From positions 86,797-150,796 of the forward strand of contig JAAXWF010000001.1 in the NCBI GenBank assembly GCA_013335095.1: a DNA stretch of 64,000 nucleotides. Reading direction: 5' to 3'. A program made the translations under genes and the position numbers. A model generated the notes under the pieces. That model had not been told where the DNA came from. It was given only the letters and a program-made list of their open reading frames with translations, and made no database searches. This DNA comes from a candidate division WWE3 bacterium (GTDB lineage: Bacteria > Patescibacteriota > 4484-211 > GCA-002791395). Shown in pieces: positions 28,038-38,252 of the stretch; positions within the stretch are counted from its first letter, which is position 1; each line of letters starts with the position of its first letter.

Positions 28038-28847
28038 TTGCTCTTGTAGTCGCGTCAGTTGATCTAAACTTAATTCGCCGGGTCGTGCAGTCGGTGTTAT
28101 TCCCGAGGCTATTAATATCTCTTGATCGAAAACGTACGAGATTTGCTTTCGAGGAAATTGAAACACCCGATGTAAAAAATCAGACCAGTTTTTCATCTCA
28201 TCTGCGGTACGATCTTGAGACCGAGTAACTCGAATAATACTCGAATCAACTCCGGGCATCGGCCAAAATGCATCTGGGCGAACAACACGCTGTAGTACTT
28301 CAACGTGGTATGCGAAATGAATAAAGTGATACCAATAATTGCCATGAGTTGGCCCCTGAACGATCTTCTCCATAACTTCTTTTTGCATCAGGAAAATACC
28401 TAAACTCCAATAATCATGGAAATCAATCATGAGCTTATGCAAAATTGGCGAAGTAATGCTATATGGCAGAGAGGCTATGATCTTATAGTTCCCTTCATCC
28501 ATCACATCCGCACCAGAAATTAAGTAATCGGCCTGCACGATAGTTATTTTTGACTCTAAGCCGATCTCTTTTATGAGTCCACTTAGGATGGGAGCCAATT
28601 TGGGATCAATTTCAAACACGGTCATAGCTCCAACATGCGGTGCGACTGCCAAAGTTATAGAACCGAGGCCGCCTCCGATTTCTATGACTCGATCATCTGC
28701 GGTAGGCATAAGTCCATCAACCATTAATTTTTTCATGGCAGGTTGAATAAGAAAATTTTGTCCCCACCGTTTACTTGGTCGAACATCAAACCGCTGAAAT
28801 AATGCTTTAATATCACCAACATTGAGCCGGTTGTATACGTTATCCAT
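28029..28847 (-). CDS. rsmA: 16S rRNA (adenine1518/1519-N6)-dimethyltransferase RsmA/KsgA
   Basis: Carries the GQNFL motif, then the SAM-binding IEIGGGLGSIT, and has KsgA length. Confidence 0.9.
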   Translation of the reverse strand: MDNVYNRLNVGDIKALFQRFDVRPSKRWGQNFLIQPAMKKLMVDGLMPTADDRVIEIGGGLGSITLAVAPHVGAMTVFEIDPKLAPILSGLIKEIGLESKITIVQADYLISGADVMDEGNYKIIASLPYSITSPILHKLMIDFHDYWSLGIFLMQKEVMEKIVQGPTHGNYWYHFIHFAYHVEVLQRVVRPDAFWPMPGVDSSIIRVTRSQDRTADEMKNWSDFLHRVFQFPRKQISYVFDQEILIASGITPTARPGELSLDQLTRLQEQLR

Positions 28848-28876
28848 GCTATAATTTTACCGTACCGAGTCTGACA

Positions 28877-29827
28877 ATGAACGCTTCAAATTGGGCCTTA
28901 ATACTGCCTCGCATTGCTATTATCACTACACTCGTTCTTTTTATAGTATCAACGACATCGATGCCCCGCATCATGATGAAGGACTCTGTACTCATCAATG
29001 GGAAAAGACTTTTTACCGAAAGAAACTCACTCAGTATTAATGATATTACTCCGATTGCCTACCCCATCTCTATAAGCACAGAAGAGGTCCCCTCAATAAA
29101 AGGTACGAATGCCATAGTTGTTGATATACCCTCACGAAGCATTCTGTATCAAAAGTCGGCAAATGAGCGACGATCCCCGGCCTCAACAACTAAAATAATT
29201 ACCGCTCTGGCCATACTATCTCAAACAAATATCGAAGAATGGGTAAAAGTTCCGTCAAATTTATACGAAAAGATAAGTGGAAGTATGATGAAATTAGCCC
29301 CGGGTGATGAGCTTAGCCGCAAAGATTTACTGTGGGGAATGTTGATAAATTCTGGAAATGATGCTGCATATACCTTGGCACAAACATATCCCAACGGAGA
29401 ACAAGCTTTACTATCTTCGATGAATTCAATCATGCAATCGCTCCATTTAAACGACTCAAACTTTACGAATCCCGTCGGGTTTGATGATCCCAATCATTAC
29501 ACCAGCGCTTTTGACCTTGCCCAAGTTACACTAGAAGCATTACATAATCCCCTTTTTCAACAAATAGTTGCGACTTCGCATATGAATATTGTGTCGCCTT
29601 CCCATCCTTCAATTAGCTACAACCTAACAAACACCAATGAATTACTCACCGACACTCCGGGGGTCTTAGGAGTAAAAACAGGTTGGACCGAAGAGGCCCA
29701 GGGGGTACTCGTAACTTTAATAAATCGAAGCGGGCATCCAATACTTGTGGTAGTGATGAACAGCCCCCAACGCGAAAAAGACTCACTAGCCTTATTGGAA
29801 TGGGTATATCGCACACATACTTGGTAA
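28877..29827 (+). CDS. D-alanyl-D-alanine carboxypeptidase (peptidase S11, PBP5-like)
   Basis: SxxK motif SPASTTKI, SGN motif NSGNDAA, and an N-terminal signal anchor. Confidence 0.85.
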   Translation: MNASNWALILPRIAIITTLVLFIVSTTSMPRIMMKDSVLINGKRLFTERNSLSINDITPIAYPISISTEEVPSIKGTNAIVVDIPSRSILYQKSANERRSPASTTKIITALAILSQTNIEEWVKVPSNLYEKISGSMMKLAPGDELSRKDLLWGMLINSGNDAAYTLAQTYPNGEQALLSSMNSIMQSLHLNDSNFTNPVGFDDPNHYTSAFDLAQVTLEALHNPLFQQIVATSHMNIVSPSHPSISYNLTNTNELLTDTPGVLGVKTGWTEEAQGVLVTLINRSGHPILVVVMNSPQREKDSLALLEWVYRTHTW

Positions 29828-29848
29828 CCTGAGTTACAATAAAACGTT

Positions 29849-30580
29849 ATGGTCCAAATCTTTATATCCTTTTTATATCAACCGTTTTTAAATATTCTCG
29901 TCATTATCTATTCATATATGAATCAATTTTTTGGCGACACCGATATGGGTGCTGCGGTAATCGCGTTTACTTTTTTAATACGCTTACTTTTATTCCCTTT
30001 AACGGTACTTTCAACTGAAAGTGAAAAAGAACGTATCGAGATACAACATTCGTTCGAACAAATTGTTAAAAACTATAATGGTGAACCAATACGGCTCCGA
30101 CAAGAAAAGAATCGACTGATTAAAAAACACCAAGGGACAATTCGATTTGAGCTATTAAACCTATTGATTCAGTTTTTTATTGCCCTTATTCTTTGGAGAA
30201 TATTCGGTCGAGGATTAAAAGGCGAAGATCTTTATCTACTCTACAGCTGGGTACCACATTTCCCCATGCCGATTGATCTCATGTTCATGGATCGAATAAA
30301 TTTAGCCGAACCCAATGTAACGATGAATGTGTTAAGTGCCGTACTTTTATTTATAGTGGAAACGCTAACACTAACTTTCTCGGTGCTACCAGCGTCTCAC
30401 CAAGATCGGATTATTCAATTTATCCTTCCGATCGCTGCATATCTATATATGTCATCGATGCCTGCTGGAAAGGCACTATTTTTAATTACCACATTAAGTA
30501 TTAGTGTCGTTATTATTTTAACGATAGAAATAAGTCGACTTTTAACGATGATGAATAGGAAAAATGCCCCGACGACCTAA
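29849..30580 (+). CDS. YidC/Oxa1-family membrane protein insertase (short form)
   Basis: The PFLNILVIIY...GAAVIAFTFLIRLLLFPL pattern and its position next to cell-envelope genes suggest this. Moderate confidence. Confidence 0.5.
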   Translation: MVQIFISFLYQPFLNILVIIYSYMNQFFGDTDMGAAVIAFTFLIRLLLFPLTVLSTESEKERIEIQHSFEQIVKNYNGEPIRLRQEKNRLIKKHQGTIRFELLNLLIQFFIALILWRIFGRGLKGEDLYLLYSWVPHFPMPIDLMFMDRINLAEPNVTMNVLSAVLLFIVETLTLTFSVLPASHQDRIIQFILPIAAYLYMSSMPAGKALFLITTLSISVVIILTIEISRLLTMMNRKNAPTT

Positions 30581-30595
30581 ATAAGTAAACCTCTT

Positions 30596-31330
30596 TTAAT
30601 CAATTAGCAGATACACGTCGGTATAACGCGCACTCCACCAACCTGATTTGACGTTTTCAAATCCTAAATCAATTTTGTTACCTTTTATCGCTCCACCGGT
30701 ATCTTCGGCATGGCATTCACCATATCCCGGGATATAAAGCCGTGAACCGAGTGGAATTACGCGAGGATCAACTGCGCATACGCCGAATTTAACGGATGTC
30801 CCAGTAGCGGTTCTGCCAGAACAACCGACACAGTTCCCATCATAGCTTGTTGCCCACATTCGAAACGACTGAGAATATAAAATAGCACCATTAGGTGTAT
30901 TCAACTGGTCTATCTTAATTTTAGTTCCAACTCGAACGACACGATTGACGGGCTCGGTCTGACGCGAAGTAATCAAAGTTCGTTCGTATTCGGTGCTATT
31001 CCATGATGAAACCCTATATTCTTTTGTAAGAACACCATTTTCACCTTCGCGAACGACTTGTTGTTCTCCAACATATAAATCATCCGTGAGTTCTTCCTGG
31101 GTTTCGTACGGAATTGACTCCTGCACTTGGTCGATTATTTCGGTAAAAGGAGATGCGGTTAACGGCGAACGCTCAGTGTTTGAAAATTCCAAGATAAGAT
31201 CAGATCCTTGCACAAAATCAGATACGCCCATCACACTCGGGGAAGCTAAGGAACGATCCGGCATAATAACATATGACGCCAGAATAATTGTAATTAATGC
31301 ACAGAATCCAACGGTATGTGGTCGTTGCAT
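30596..31330 (-). CDS. G5 domain + 3D domain protein (YabE/RpfB-like cell-wall protein)
   Basis: The C-terminal 3D domain reads ATSYDGNCVGCSGRTATGTSVKFGVCAVDPRVIPLGSRLYIPGYGECHAEDTGGAIKGNKIDL. The central G5-like segment is GEQQVVREGENGVLTKEY. The start is chosen at MQRPH to avoid overlap with rnpB. Confidence 0.75.
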   Translation of the reverse strand: MQRPHTVGFCALITIILASYVIMPDRSLASPSVMGVSDFVQGSDLILEFSNTERSPLTASPFTEIIDQVQESIPYETQEELTDDLYVGEQQVVREGENGVLTKEYRVSSWNSTEYERTLITSRQTEPVNRVVRVGTKIKIDQLNTPNGAILYSQSFRMWATSYDGNCVGCSGRTATGTSVKFGVCAVDPRVIPLGSRLYIPGYGECHAEDTGGAIKGNKIDLGFENVKSGWWSARYTDVYLLID

Positions 31331-31338
31331 AAATGGTT

Positions 31339-31815
31339 GGCATTGACTGGTAGGCAAGTAATAAGCCAAATTCTGTTACCCCTTGAGCCATCAATGATGG
31401 CTACAAAAGTTGGTAATCATCTATCTATGCCTTCTCTTGTGAACGCTTCATTCTATCCATGGGGTTACCATGGGAAAAATGAATCGGCTGGGAAACCTGA
31501 TGGCGTCCGATTCGGAAGTTGCTCCAGGTGGGATTCCCACCTAAATCTTGCTAGGCAAAATTTAGTCGATGTTAATTCATCGCGTTTCATACCCCAGTCA
31601 TGCATAAAGCGAAAACCGGAGATCGTCTCTGTGGGTCTCAAGAGAAGTCGATTCTTCCCTTGTTTCCGGTACTTTTCAGTACGGAACACCAGCGCTTCCT
31701 GACCTTGGTTTATAAAAACAAAGTCGAGTACACGTCGGGGCTTACACCCCGTCCCCTTCCCTGTGGAGTTTGGACTTTCCTCCCATTTACATGGGCGATT
31801 ACCTGCTTACCTACC
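31339..31815 (-). ncRNA. rnpB: RNase P RNA (bacterial type)
   Basis: The minus strand reads ...GGGAGGAAAGUCCAAACUCCACAGGG..., which is the P4 5' strand with the conserved bulged U. The complementary 3' strand is ACAGAAUUUGGCUUA, showing AAA/UUU covariation relative to E. coli GGG/CCC. It also has GGUGGGAAUCCCACCUGGAGCAAC (E. coli: GGUAAACUCCACCCGGAGCAAG) and a 10-bp P1 between GGUAGGUAAG and CUUGCCUACC. Length is about 477 nt. Confidence 0.8.
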
Positions 31816-31903
31816 AGATATGAGACTAATTATACCTTTTGGCGTAAATTCAAACAAATAAACATAAGCCCGATACAGAGCCGATGTCGTATACTAAGAG
31901 CAC

Positions 31904-33589
31904 ATGCACGGTTACATTAACAAACTACACCAACGACACGTTATTATTCTTTTAACACTTATCGGAATTGGTGCGGTTCTGAGATTTCATAATATCCTTT
32001 GGGATGAGGGCTATTTTTTCCACCCCGATGAACGCAATATTGGATACGCAATTAGTAAGCTTAATTTTTCTACTAAAGAATTTAATCCACAATTCTGGGC
32101 ATATGGCTCCCTCCCAATCTACACAATTTATCTGATTGCCGCCTCATTTGAATTCCTTACTCATACCGCGTGGTTGCGGTTTGAATCATACCTGACAATT
32201 GGCCGGTATATATCGGCGCTGTGCTCTGTCATGTTGATTCCGCTGACATATTTAATTACCCGCTGGATCTCGAAAAAAAACGATTGGTCTATTTCGGCCT
32301 CGCTCATAGCGGCGTTATGGGTAACGTTTTTGCCGGGTATGATCCAGTTCGCCCACTTTACTACGTTTGAAACATTTCTAACCTTACAGTATGTGCTGCT
32401 ACTGTATCTATGTTTTGAAATCGCCAGATCAGGGAAACGCCAGTTTTATATCTTGGCTGGAATCGTTCTAGGATTAAGTGTCGGCACAAAGATTATCTCA
32501 GCTATGTTAGCTCCGATGATTATACTCAGCCACTTCTTTGCGACATATCACAAAAATAATAGCTCGTTCAAATTAGTACAACTATTCTCAATTAATCTGA
32601 TTATTGCAGGCGTTGTAACAATTCTTGCCGCAGTTGGATCATCTCCTTTTCATGTCCTCGATTGGGAGGGATTTAAAAATTCAATGGAGTATGAAGGAGG
32701 CGTTGCCAATGGCACACTTCAAGTGTTTTATACGCAACAGTTCATTGGCACTATACCTGGATTGTATCAACTATTGCATGTATTCCCTTACATCTTAACC
32801 ATACCGTTAACTATTATCAGTTTCATCGCAATAAGCTATTGGGGAATTAAATTGACACCTAAGTTATTTTTGGTAGTCAAACAGAAAAAGACAATTTCGC
32901 CATTCGATCAGCGAATCGTATTAACAATCCTACTCATAGTCCTCTATCTCGCATTTAATTTGTCATTATTCGTAAAATGGACCCGCTATATGGTTCCGTT
33001 ACTCCCGTTCCTCGTAATCCTTTCGAGCATTTTCATATTTACCTTAAAAATTACCTCCGTTTACTACAAAAAATTATTACTAGCCATCACATCTGGGTGG
33101 GTAATTTTAGCTGGTCTAAGTTTTTGGCAAATCTATTCGAGGCCCGATCCAAGAACAACCGCCGCTGACTGGGTATCGCAGCACATTGATCCATCGACTT
33201 CAATAACATCTGAAATCTATGACCTTGGCATCACCGCATTTTCAAGCATCCCTCAATCGAGTATCTATTTAGCTCCCCTCTATGATCTAGAAAATGTACC
33301 CAACAGAGACACCATAATCAAACAAATTAATCAGTCTGATTATTTTATTATTCTCAGTGAGCGGTTATGGCGCAATCGACTTGAGCATGAAGATCGATAC
33401 CCGTACGGCTCATATTTGTATCGATTATTACTTCAATCCGACCAATGGAAAACGCTCTTTGCATCACATACCAGGAACGTAGATTGTGGATTATGGACCC
33501 TGTATTGTATGGGCGGTAACATTCTTCCAGATGAAACCTTTTTCGTTTTTGACCACCCATCCTTGTATATTTTGCAAAACCGTTTTTAA
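31904..33589 (+). CDS. GT-C-type polytopic membrane glycosyltransferase-like protein (GT39/ArnT-like)
   Basis: About 12 TM helices. The first extracytoplasmic loop carries LRFHNILWDEGYFFHPDERN (a DE motif). Confidence 0.6.
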   Translation: MHGYINKLHQRHVIILLTLIGIGAVLRFHNILWDEGYFFHPDERNIGYAISKLNFSTKEFNPQFWAYGSLPIYTIYLIAASFEFLTHTAWLRFESYLTIGRYISALCSVMLIPLTYLITRWISKKNDWSISASLIAALWVTFLPGMIQFAHFTTFETFLTLQYVLLLYLCFEIARSGKRQFYILAGIVLGLSVGTKIISAMLAPMIILSHFFATYHKNNSSFKLVQLFSINLIIAGVVTILAAVGSSPFHVLDWEGFKNSMEYEGGVANGTLQVFYTQQFIGTIPGLYQLLHVFPYILTIPLTIISFIAISYWGIKLTPKLFLVVKQKKTISPFDQRIVLTILLIVLYLAFNLSLFVKWTRYMVPLLPFLVILSSIFIFTLKITSVYYKKLLLAITSGWVILAGLSFWQIYSRPDPRTTAADWVSQHIDPSTSITSEIYDLGITAFSSIPQSSIYLAPLYDLENVPNRDTIIKQINQSDYFIILSERLWRNRLEHEDRYPYGSYLYRLLLQSDQWKTLFASHTRNVDCGLWTLYCMGGNILPDETFFVFDHPSLYILQNRF

Positions 33590-33592
33590 TGA

Positions 33593-35272
33593 TTAATTGC
33601 TAAATATTCTACGGAGCGTTTCAGAAGTAGATATTTTTTGATTTTTTTGAAAGATCAGTACCGGAGGATGGTCGTAGCTTTGGAATGATTCGTCTGCAGA
33701 ATCGGTGTTTAATTGGTGTTTTGCAATACCTGGATATTGGGTAAATGAAGCGACAAGCTGATAACCAAGATTACCAGCAAAGAGTTGCTGATAAAATTGC
33801 ACCGTCACTGGGTAAAGTTCAGGATTTCGCAAAATAGAATAGTACACCCGACGACTCGATAAAACGATATAATCGGCATTTTCTAATTGTGTACCGATCT
33901 TTTCCCACTTAGCTTGAGATTCAGGATTATAGACCTCCATTTGTTCGACCGAACGCGATTCATGAAAATCTTTAAGCATTAATGGCAACGGGTCGTCCCA
34001 GTGTTCTCCGAGAATAAGTGATGACCGTGGAACGTGTTGATAAATCCATTCTGAGGCTCGAATTCGTGTATGTTCTCCCTGGTAAATTCGCATAAAAGCC
34101 ACGGCGAATAAAAATTGAATAAACAGAACCCCAACAATAATCGAACGTTGGGATGTTTCCTTATATTGTTTAATAAATTCTAAAAGTGTAATGCTTCCGA
34201 GTAATGCAAAGTATGGCAGCAGGGGTATCAAATATCGACTAAATTTAGCATACCAGGCCCCACTTACGGCAAAATATGCAGTAGGCCAAATTAGTATCAT
34301 GAAGAAGAAATAAGATCTTCTTTTCCAAGCAAGATAGGCAACATATCCCCAACTAAATAAAAGAAATGGGGCGATAACAAATGAAGTTTGCCACGGTAAT
34401 ATCGAGGTTAAATAGTATAAATACTTTGTGGTTCCTTCATAAATTATGACAAAAGGCGGCTTAGTATCGCCCTTTATTACTGCTTGCATATAGGATTGTT
34501 GTTGCCAGAACTCTTCTCTCGCTATCAGACTATATGGAGAGATAGCAACATAGGTTAAAACAATAACAAGGCCAAGAAGCACACCAACACCCACCCAAGT
34601 GAAAAAACTTTTATATTTGTACCCTCGCCACGTCGACCATAAGGCCGGAATCAACGCCACGGCTGGTATAACGGCGTATGAGATGCCGACAATCTTAGTT
34701 GCAGCAGCGCATCCGACTAAAATCGCCGAGATAACGAACCAAAACCAATTAAACTTTCGATACAATTGCAGCGAAGAAAATAATATGGCAGAACTAAAAA
34801 ACAGTAGGAAAGATTCAGTCGTGTTGAAATGGGCAACTTGAATTGCTCCTGGGAAAAAAGCCAATAACCCAACCGCAAGCAGTGCTGTTTTACGATCAAA
34901 AAATACATACGCAAGTCGGGCCAACAATATTAATGAAAAAATATTAAATAGCGCTGAGGTAAACCGTGAAGTTAATAACAGAGATGAAGCCGTACCGTAT
35001 GCATGGATCGTGGTAACTATCCAATCCATAAATTTATACATGTATAAAGGAAATGTTCCGTAATAAAACATGTGCGGATTTAGCGGCGAATTAGGAGATA
35101 AAAGGGATTCTAGAGATTTTGGCCAAGAGATATTCGACGCATTGATATATAAACGTTCATCTGGATGCAAAAAATATCCCTGATCCCAATCTAAATGAGA
35201 TATCCGAAATAATGCGCCGATGATTATGAGGGCGCTTAACCAATAAAACCAATGTTTGTGCTGATTTTTCAT
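33593..35272 (-). CDS. GT-C-type polytopic membrane glycosyltransferase-like protein, paralog of 31904-33589
   Basis: The same N-terminal motif FRISHLDWDQGYFLHPDERL. The two genes are convergent, with 3 nt between their stops. Confidence 0.6.
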   Translation of the reverse strand: MKNQHKHWFYWLSALIIIGALFRISHLDWDQGYFLHPDERLYINASNISWPKSLESLLSPNSPLNPHMFYYGTFPLYMYKFMDWIVTTIHAYGTASSLLLTSRFTSALFNIFSLILLARLAYVFFDRKTALLAVGLLAFFPGAIQVAHFNTTESFLLFFSSAILFSSLQLYRKFNWFWFVISAILVGCAAATKIVGISYAVIPAVALIPALWSTWRGYKYKSFFTWVGVGVLLGLVIVLTYVAISPYSLIAREEFWQQQSYMQAVIKGDTKPPFVIIYEGTTKYLYYLTSILPWQTSFVIAPFLLFSWGYVAYLAWKRRSYFFFMILIWPTAYFAVSGAWYAKFSRYLIPLLPYFALLGSITLLEFIKQYKETSQRSIIVGVLFIQFLFAVAFMRIYQGEHTRIRASEWIYQHVPRSSLILGEHWDDPLPLMLKDFHESRSVEQMEVYNPESQAKWEKIGTQLENADYIVLSSRRVYYSILRNPELYPVTVQFYQQLFAGNLGYQLVASFTQYPGIAKHQLNTDSADESFQSYDHPPVLIFQKNQKISTSETLRRIFSN

Positions 35273-35877
35273 GACTTAACCCCCACTATCGTAACATGGG
35301 GATACGGTCTCCATGTAGGATGGGGATGGATGCTCACCGATAAACCACGAGATTGTAAAATACTAGCCCATTCTCCAGATGATCGATACAGTAACCGATC
35401 ACCACGGGTCATAACATAATCATGCAAAAAATTAAACCAATATTTCCACGAAGGTCGCAAATCAATCTCTTTTAGGATAATCACTCCTTTGGGGGCTAAA
35501 TGCTCGATATAGGATTCAATCACCGGTATTTGCTGCTGCGGATTTATATGATGAAGAACGTCAAAAAAAATGATTGCATCTGATGATGGAACAACGCCAG
35601 GAGTTTCGGCAGTCCCAACTCTAAACTCCAAATTGGGAAATGAATAACGTTTTTTTGCAGCGAGGACACGATCAGGTTCAGGCTCAATACCGATAATATG
35701 AAGATCGGGATATCGAGTCGCCAGACTATATGTCATCTGTCCAAATCCACATCCAACATCAACGAGTACTCCGCGTGCTGGAATATATGGATCAATTTGG
35801 TGAAAATCAGCAATCAGTTCACGCAAAAAATTATATAGTTTAGTCGGAATTACTAAATGACGATCGCCCCGTGTCAT
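35269..35877 (-). CDS. class I SAM-dependent methyltransferase
   Basis: Motif I VLVDVGCGFGQMT. Its stop overlaps the upstream gene start by 4 nt. Confidence 0.75.
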   Translation of the reverse strand: MTRGDRHLVIPTKLYNFLRELIADFHQIDPYIPARGVLVDVGCGFGQMTYSLATRYPDLHIIGIEPEPDRVLAAKKRYSFPNLEFRVGTAETPGVVPSSDAIIFFDVLHHINPQQQIPVIESYIEHLAPKGVIILKEIDLRPSWKYWFNFLHDYVMTRGDRLLYRSSGEWASILQSRGLSVSIHPHPTWRPYPHVTIVGVKS

Positions 35878-35936
35878 AGCTGTTAGAATTGAAGTATACC
35901 ACTGATACTAACGAGAAAAAGGGATAGTATGCTAAA

Positions 35937-38252
35937 ATGTGGGATAATTTGGCTTCCGTTTTAGCTACATGTATGACCGATATAACAGCGAGTATTTACT
36001 ACCTACTGACAATAGAACTTTTGGGACTGATGGCTTGGCCATTTGCCCGTAGAATTTTAAAGGATCTTCCAGATCAGGGCTGGGCATTTGCCAAAATTTT
36101 AGGAATCCTCATGGTTTCGTGGTTAATGTGGTTACTCGCTTCACTCCATGTGCTAAGTTTTTCATACACAAATTTAGTTGTAGTAACACTGGCGGTTGCC
36201 CTCTTTTCTATATTCATAGGTAACACAAAAATAACATTTGGGGATGTACGAAAAGTATGGGCGTGGCTTCTAATCGAAGAAATTTTATTTATCACAATGT
36301 TTGGCCTATGGACATATGTGAGAGGATTTAGTCCAGCGATAAACGGCTTAGAAAAGTTCATGGATTATGGATTTATGGTTTCAGCGTATAGATCTGAATA
36401 CTTTCCACCGCTAGATCACTTTTTAGCCCGGGAGACAATAAATTATTACTACTTTGGTCATTATATTGCGGCGATGCTCTCAAAATTATCACGAGTACCA
36501 ACTGAGTTCGCCTACAACTTACAAATGTCTGCAATTATGGCATTAACGTTAATTCAGGCGTTTGCCCTGGCTGCGAGCCTATTCTGGTTCAATATGACCG
36601 ACGAGTTCAAACGAATCCCGTGGAGAAGTTGGTTCAGTGGAATCATAGCCGCAATCGCAGTCACCTTATTTGGAAACCTGCATGCAGCATTTTATCTTTA
36701 TCAGCAAGGTGAAAAATATTGGTATCCCGATGCTACCAGATTCATCGAATACACTATCCATGAATTTCCAATCTACAGTTTTATTGTTAATGATCTTCAC
36801 GGACATGTTAGTGATATCCCAACCGTTCTGCTCGTTTTAGCCTTACTTCTGGTCATGTTTCGCCATTTATTTGATTCTATTGCGGAACGACGAAAGAACA
36901 ACCAGGAAACTCTTCTACAGCTAATCACCATGAATATGCCAGTAGCTTTCATCACATTGGCTTGGCTAATTGGTACAACGTATACGACAAATGCTTGGGA
37001 CTTTGCCATATATCTTGTGGTATCGGGTTGCCTGATATGGGGATGGAGAGCGAGTGAACTTAAGCAACCTCAAAATTTATTCTCACGTCTGTTTCAGGTG
37101 GACGTTCTTATGAAGACTGCTATAAATTCAATCTTTTTGATGTCGTTCGCGATTCTCTTGTACTTACCTTTTTGGCGGCATTTAGTTCCGATTAGTCAAG
37201 GTATTGGAATTGTTCCACCAAATGGACGATCACCACTATGGCAACTTGGAATATTATGGGGAGTACATCTGCCTATCGTACTTATATTTTTATTATGGTT
37301 GTTTGAAATACGCCTTGAAAAAATAAAATTCACCGAAAAGATCGTTGCATTTTTTGCAAATATTCTCCAGGTAAAAATAACAATAGAAAAAGAGAAAACC
37401 ACGGAGCACATCCATACGACGAACCCACACCTCATAACGTTATTAGGTAAAGAACTGACATCTACCGATTTCATAATCTTAATTATGATCCTGGTAAGTC
37501 TGTTGTTAATTATTGCACCTGAATTTATTTTTATACGGGATATTTATCCACAGCATTACCGGGCCAATACAATGTTTAAGTTTTACTATCAGGCATGGAT
37601 AATGCTCGGGACGGTGTTTGGATTCGCAATAATTCGTTTATGGGCACATTTTAATAGGCATCCGAGCATTTATGGTTACTTGTTTAAATTACTGAGCCTT
37701 GTACTTATCTACTCAGCGTTAATGTATCCGTATAAAGCTATCAACCAAGGGTTCTCGCTCAAAACACCACGCTTATCAATAAACGGAATAACGTATTTAA
37801 CGATGAATCACTATGGCGATTCTCTAGCGATTAAATGGATTAATGAGCACATAAAAGGTCAACCGACTATGCTTGAGGGCGTTGGTGATAGCTATACAGA
37901 CTATGCCCGTATTGCATCTAACACTGGATTACCAACCGTAATGGGATGGCCGGTCCATGAATGGTTGTGGCGTGGAACATATGGTGAATCAATTGTTCCC
38001 AAAACTTATATAGAGAAAAAAACAGGTCAGGTAGACACGGTTGGTAATCGAGTAGATCAAGTAAAGCTAATCTATGAGGGCACAGACCTGAATGAAACAC
38101 GGCAATTACTCGGCAAATACGAAGTAAATTATGTATATGTTGGTGACTTGGAAAGGCAAAAATATCCATCAATGAATGAAAATAAATTCAGCGAAATGGG
38201 TTTACCGGTAGTATATGATAAAGAAAATGTTAAAATTTATTTAGTCCAATGA
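35937..38252 (+). CDS. large polytopic membrane protein (DUF2298 / YYY-type, GT-C-associated)
   Basis: 771 aa with about 15 TM helices and a large C-terminal extracytoplasmic domain. The family assignment is tentative. Confidence 0.45.
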   Translation: MWDNLASVLATCMTDITASIYYLLTIELLGLMAWPFARRILKDLPDQGWAFAKILGILMVSWLMWLLASLHVLSFSYTNLVVVTLAVALFSIFIGNTKITFGDVRKVWAWLLIEEILFITMFGLWTYVRGFSPAINGLEKFMDYGFMVSAYRSEYFPPLDHFLARETINYYYFGHYIAAMLSKLSRVPTEFAYNLQMSAIMALTLIQAFALAASLFWFNMTDEFKRIPWRSWFSGIIAAIAVTLFGNLHAAFYLYQQGEKYWYPDATRFIEYTIHEFPIYSFIVNDLHGHVSDIPTVLLVLALLLVMFRHLFDSIAERRKNNQETLLQLITMNMPVAFITLAWLIGTTYTTNAWDFAIYLVVSGCLIWGWRASELKQPQNLFSRLFQVDVLMKTAINSIFLMSFAILLYLPFWRHLVPISQGIGIVPPNGRSPLWQLGILWGVHLPIVLIFLLWLFEIRLEKIKFTEKIVAFFANILQVKITIEKEKTTEHIHTTNPHLITLLGKELTSTDFIILIMILVSLLLIIAPEFIFIRDIYPQHYRANTMFKFYYQAWIMLGTVFGFAIIRLWAHFNRHPSIYGYLFKLLSLVLIYSALMYPYKAINQGFSLKTPRLSINGITYLTMNHYGDSLAIKWINEHIKGQPTMLEGVGDSYTDYARIASNTGLPTVMGWPVHEWLWRGTYGESIVPKTYIEKKTGQVDTVGNRVDQVKLIYEGTDLNETRQLLGKYEVNYVYVGDLERQKYPSMNENKFSEMGLPVVYDKENVKIYLVQ

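Noticed and set aside
31316-31920. ORF-track ORFs 31316-31702(+), 31465-31689(-) and 31600-31920(+)
   Set aside because: They overlap the RNase P RNA gene, lack an RBS, and translate to Cys/Arg/Ser-rich nonsense. They are spurious frames over a structured RNA.
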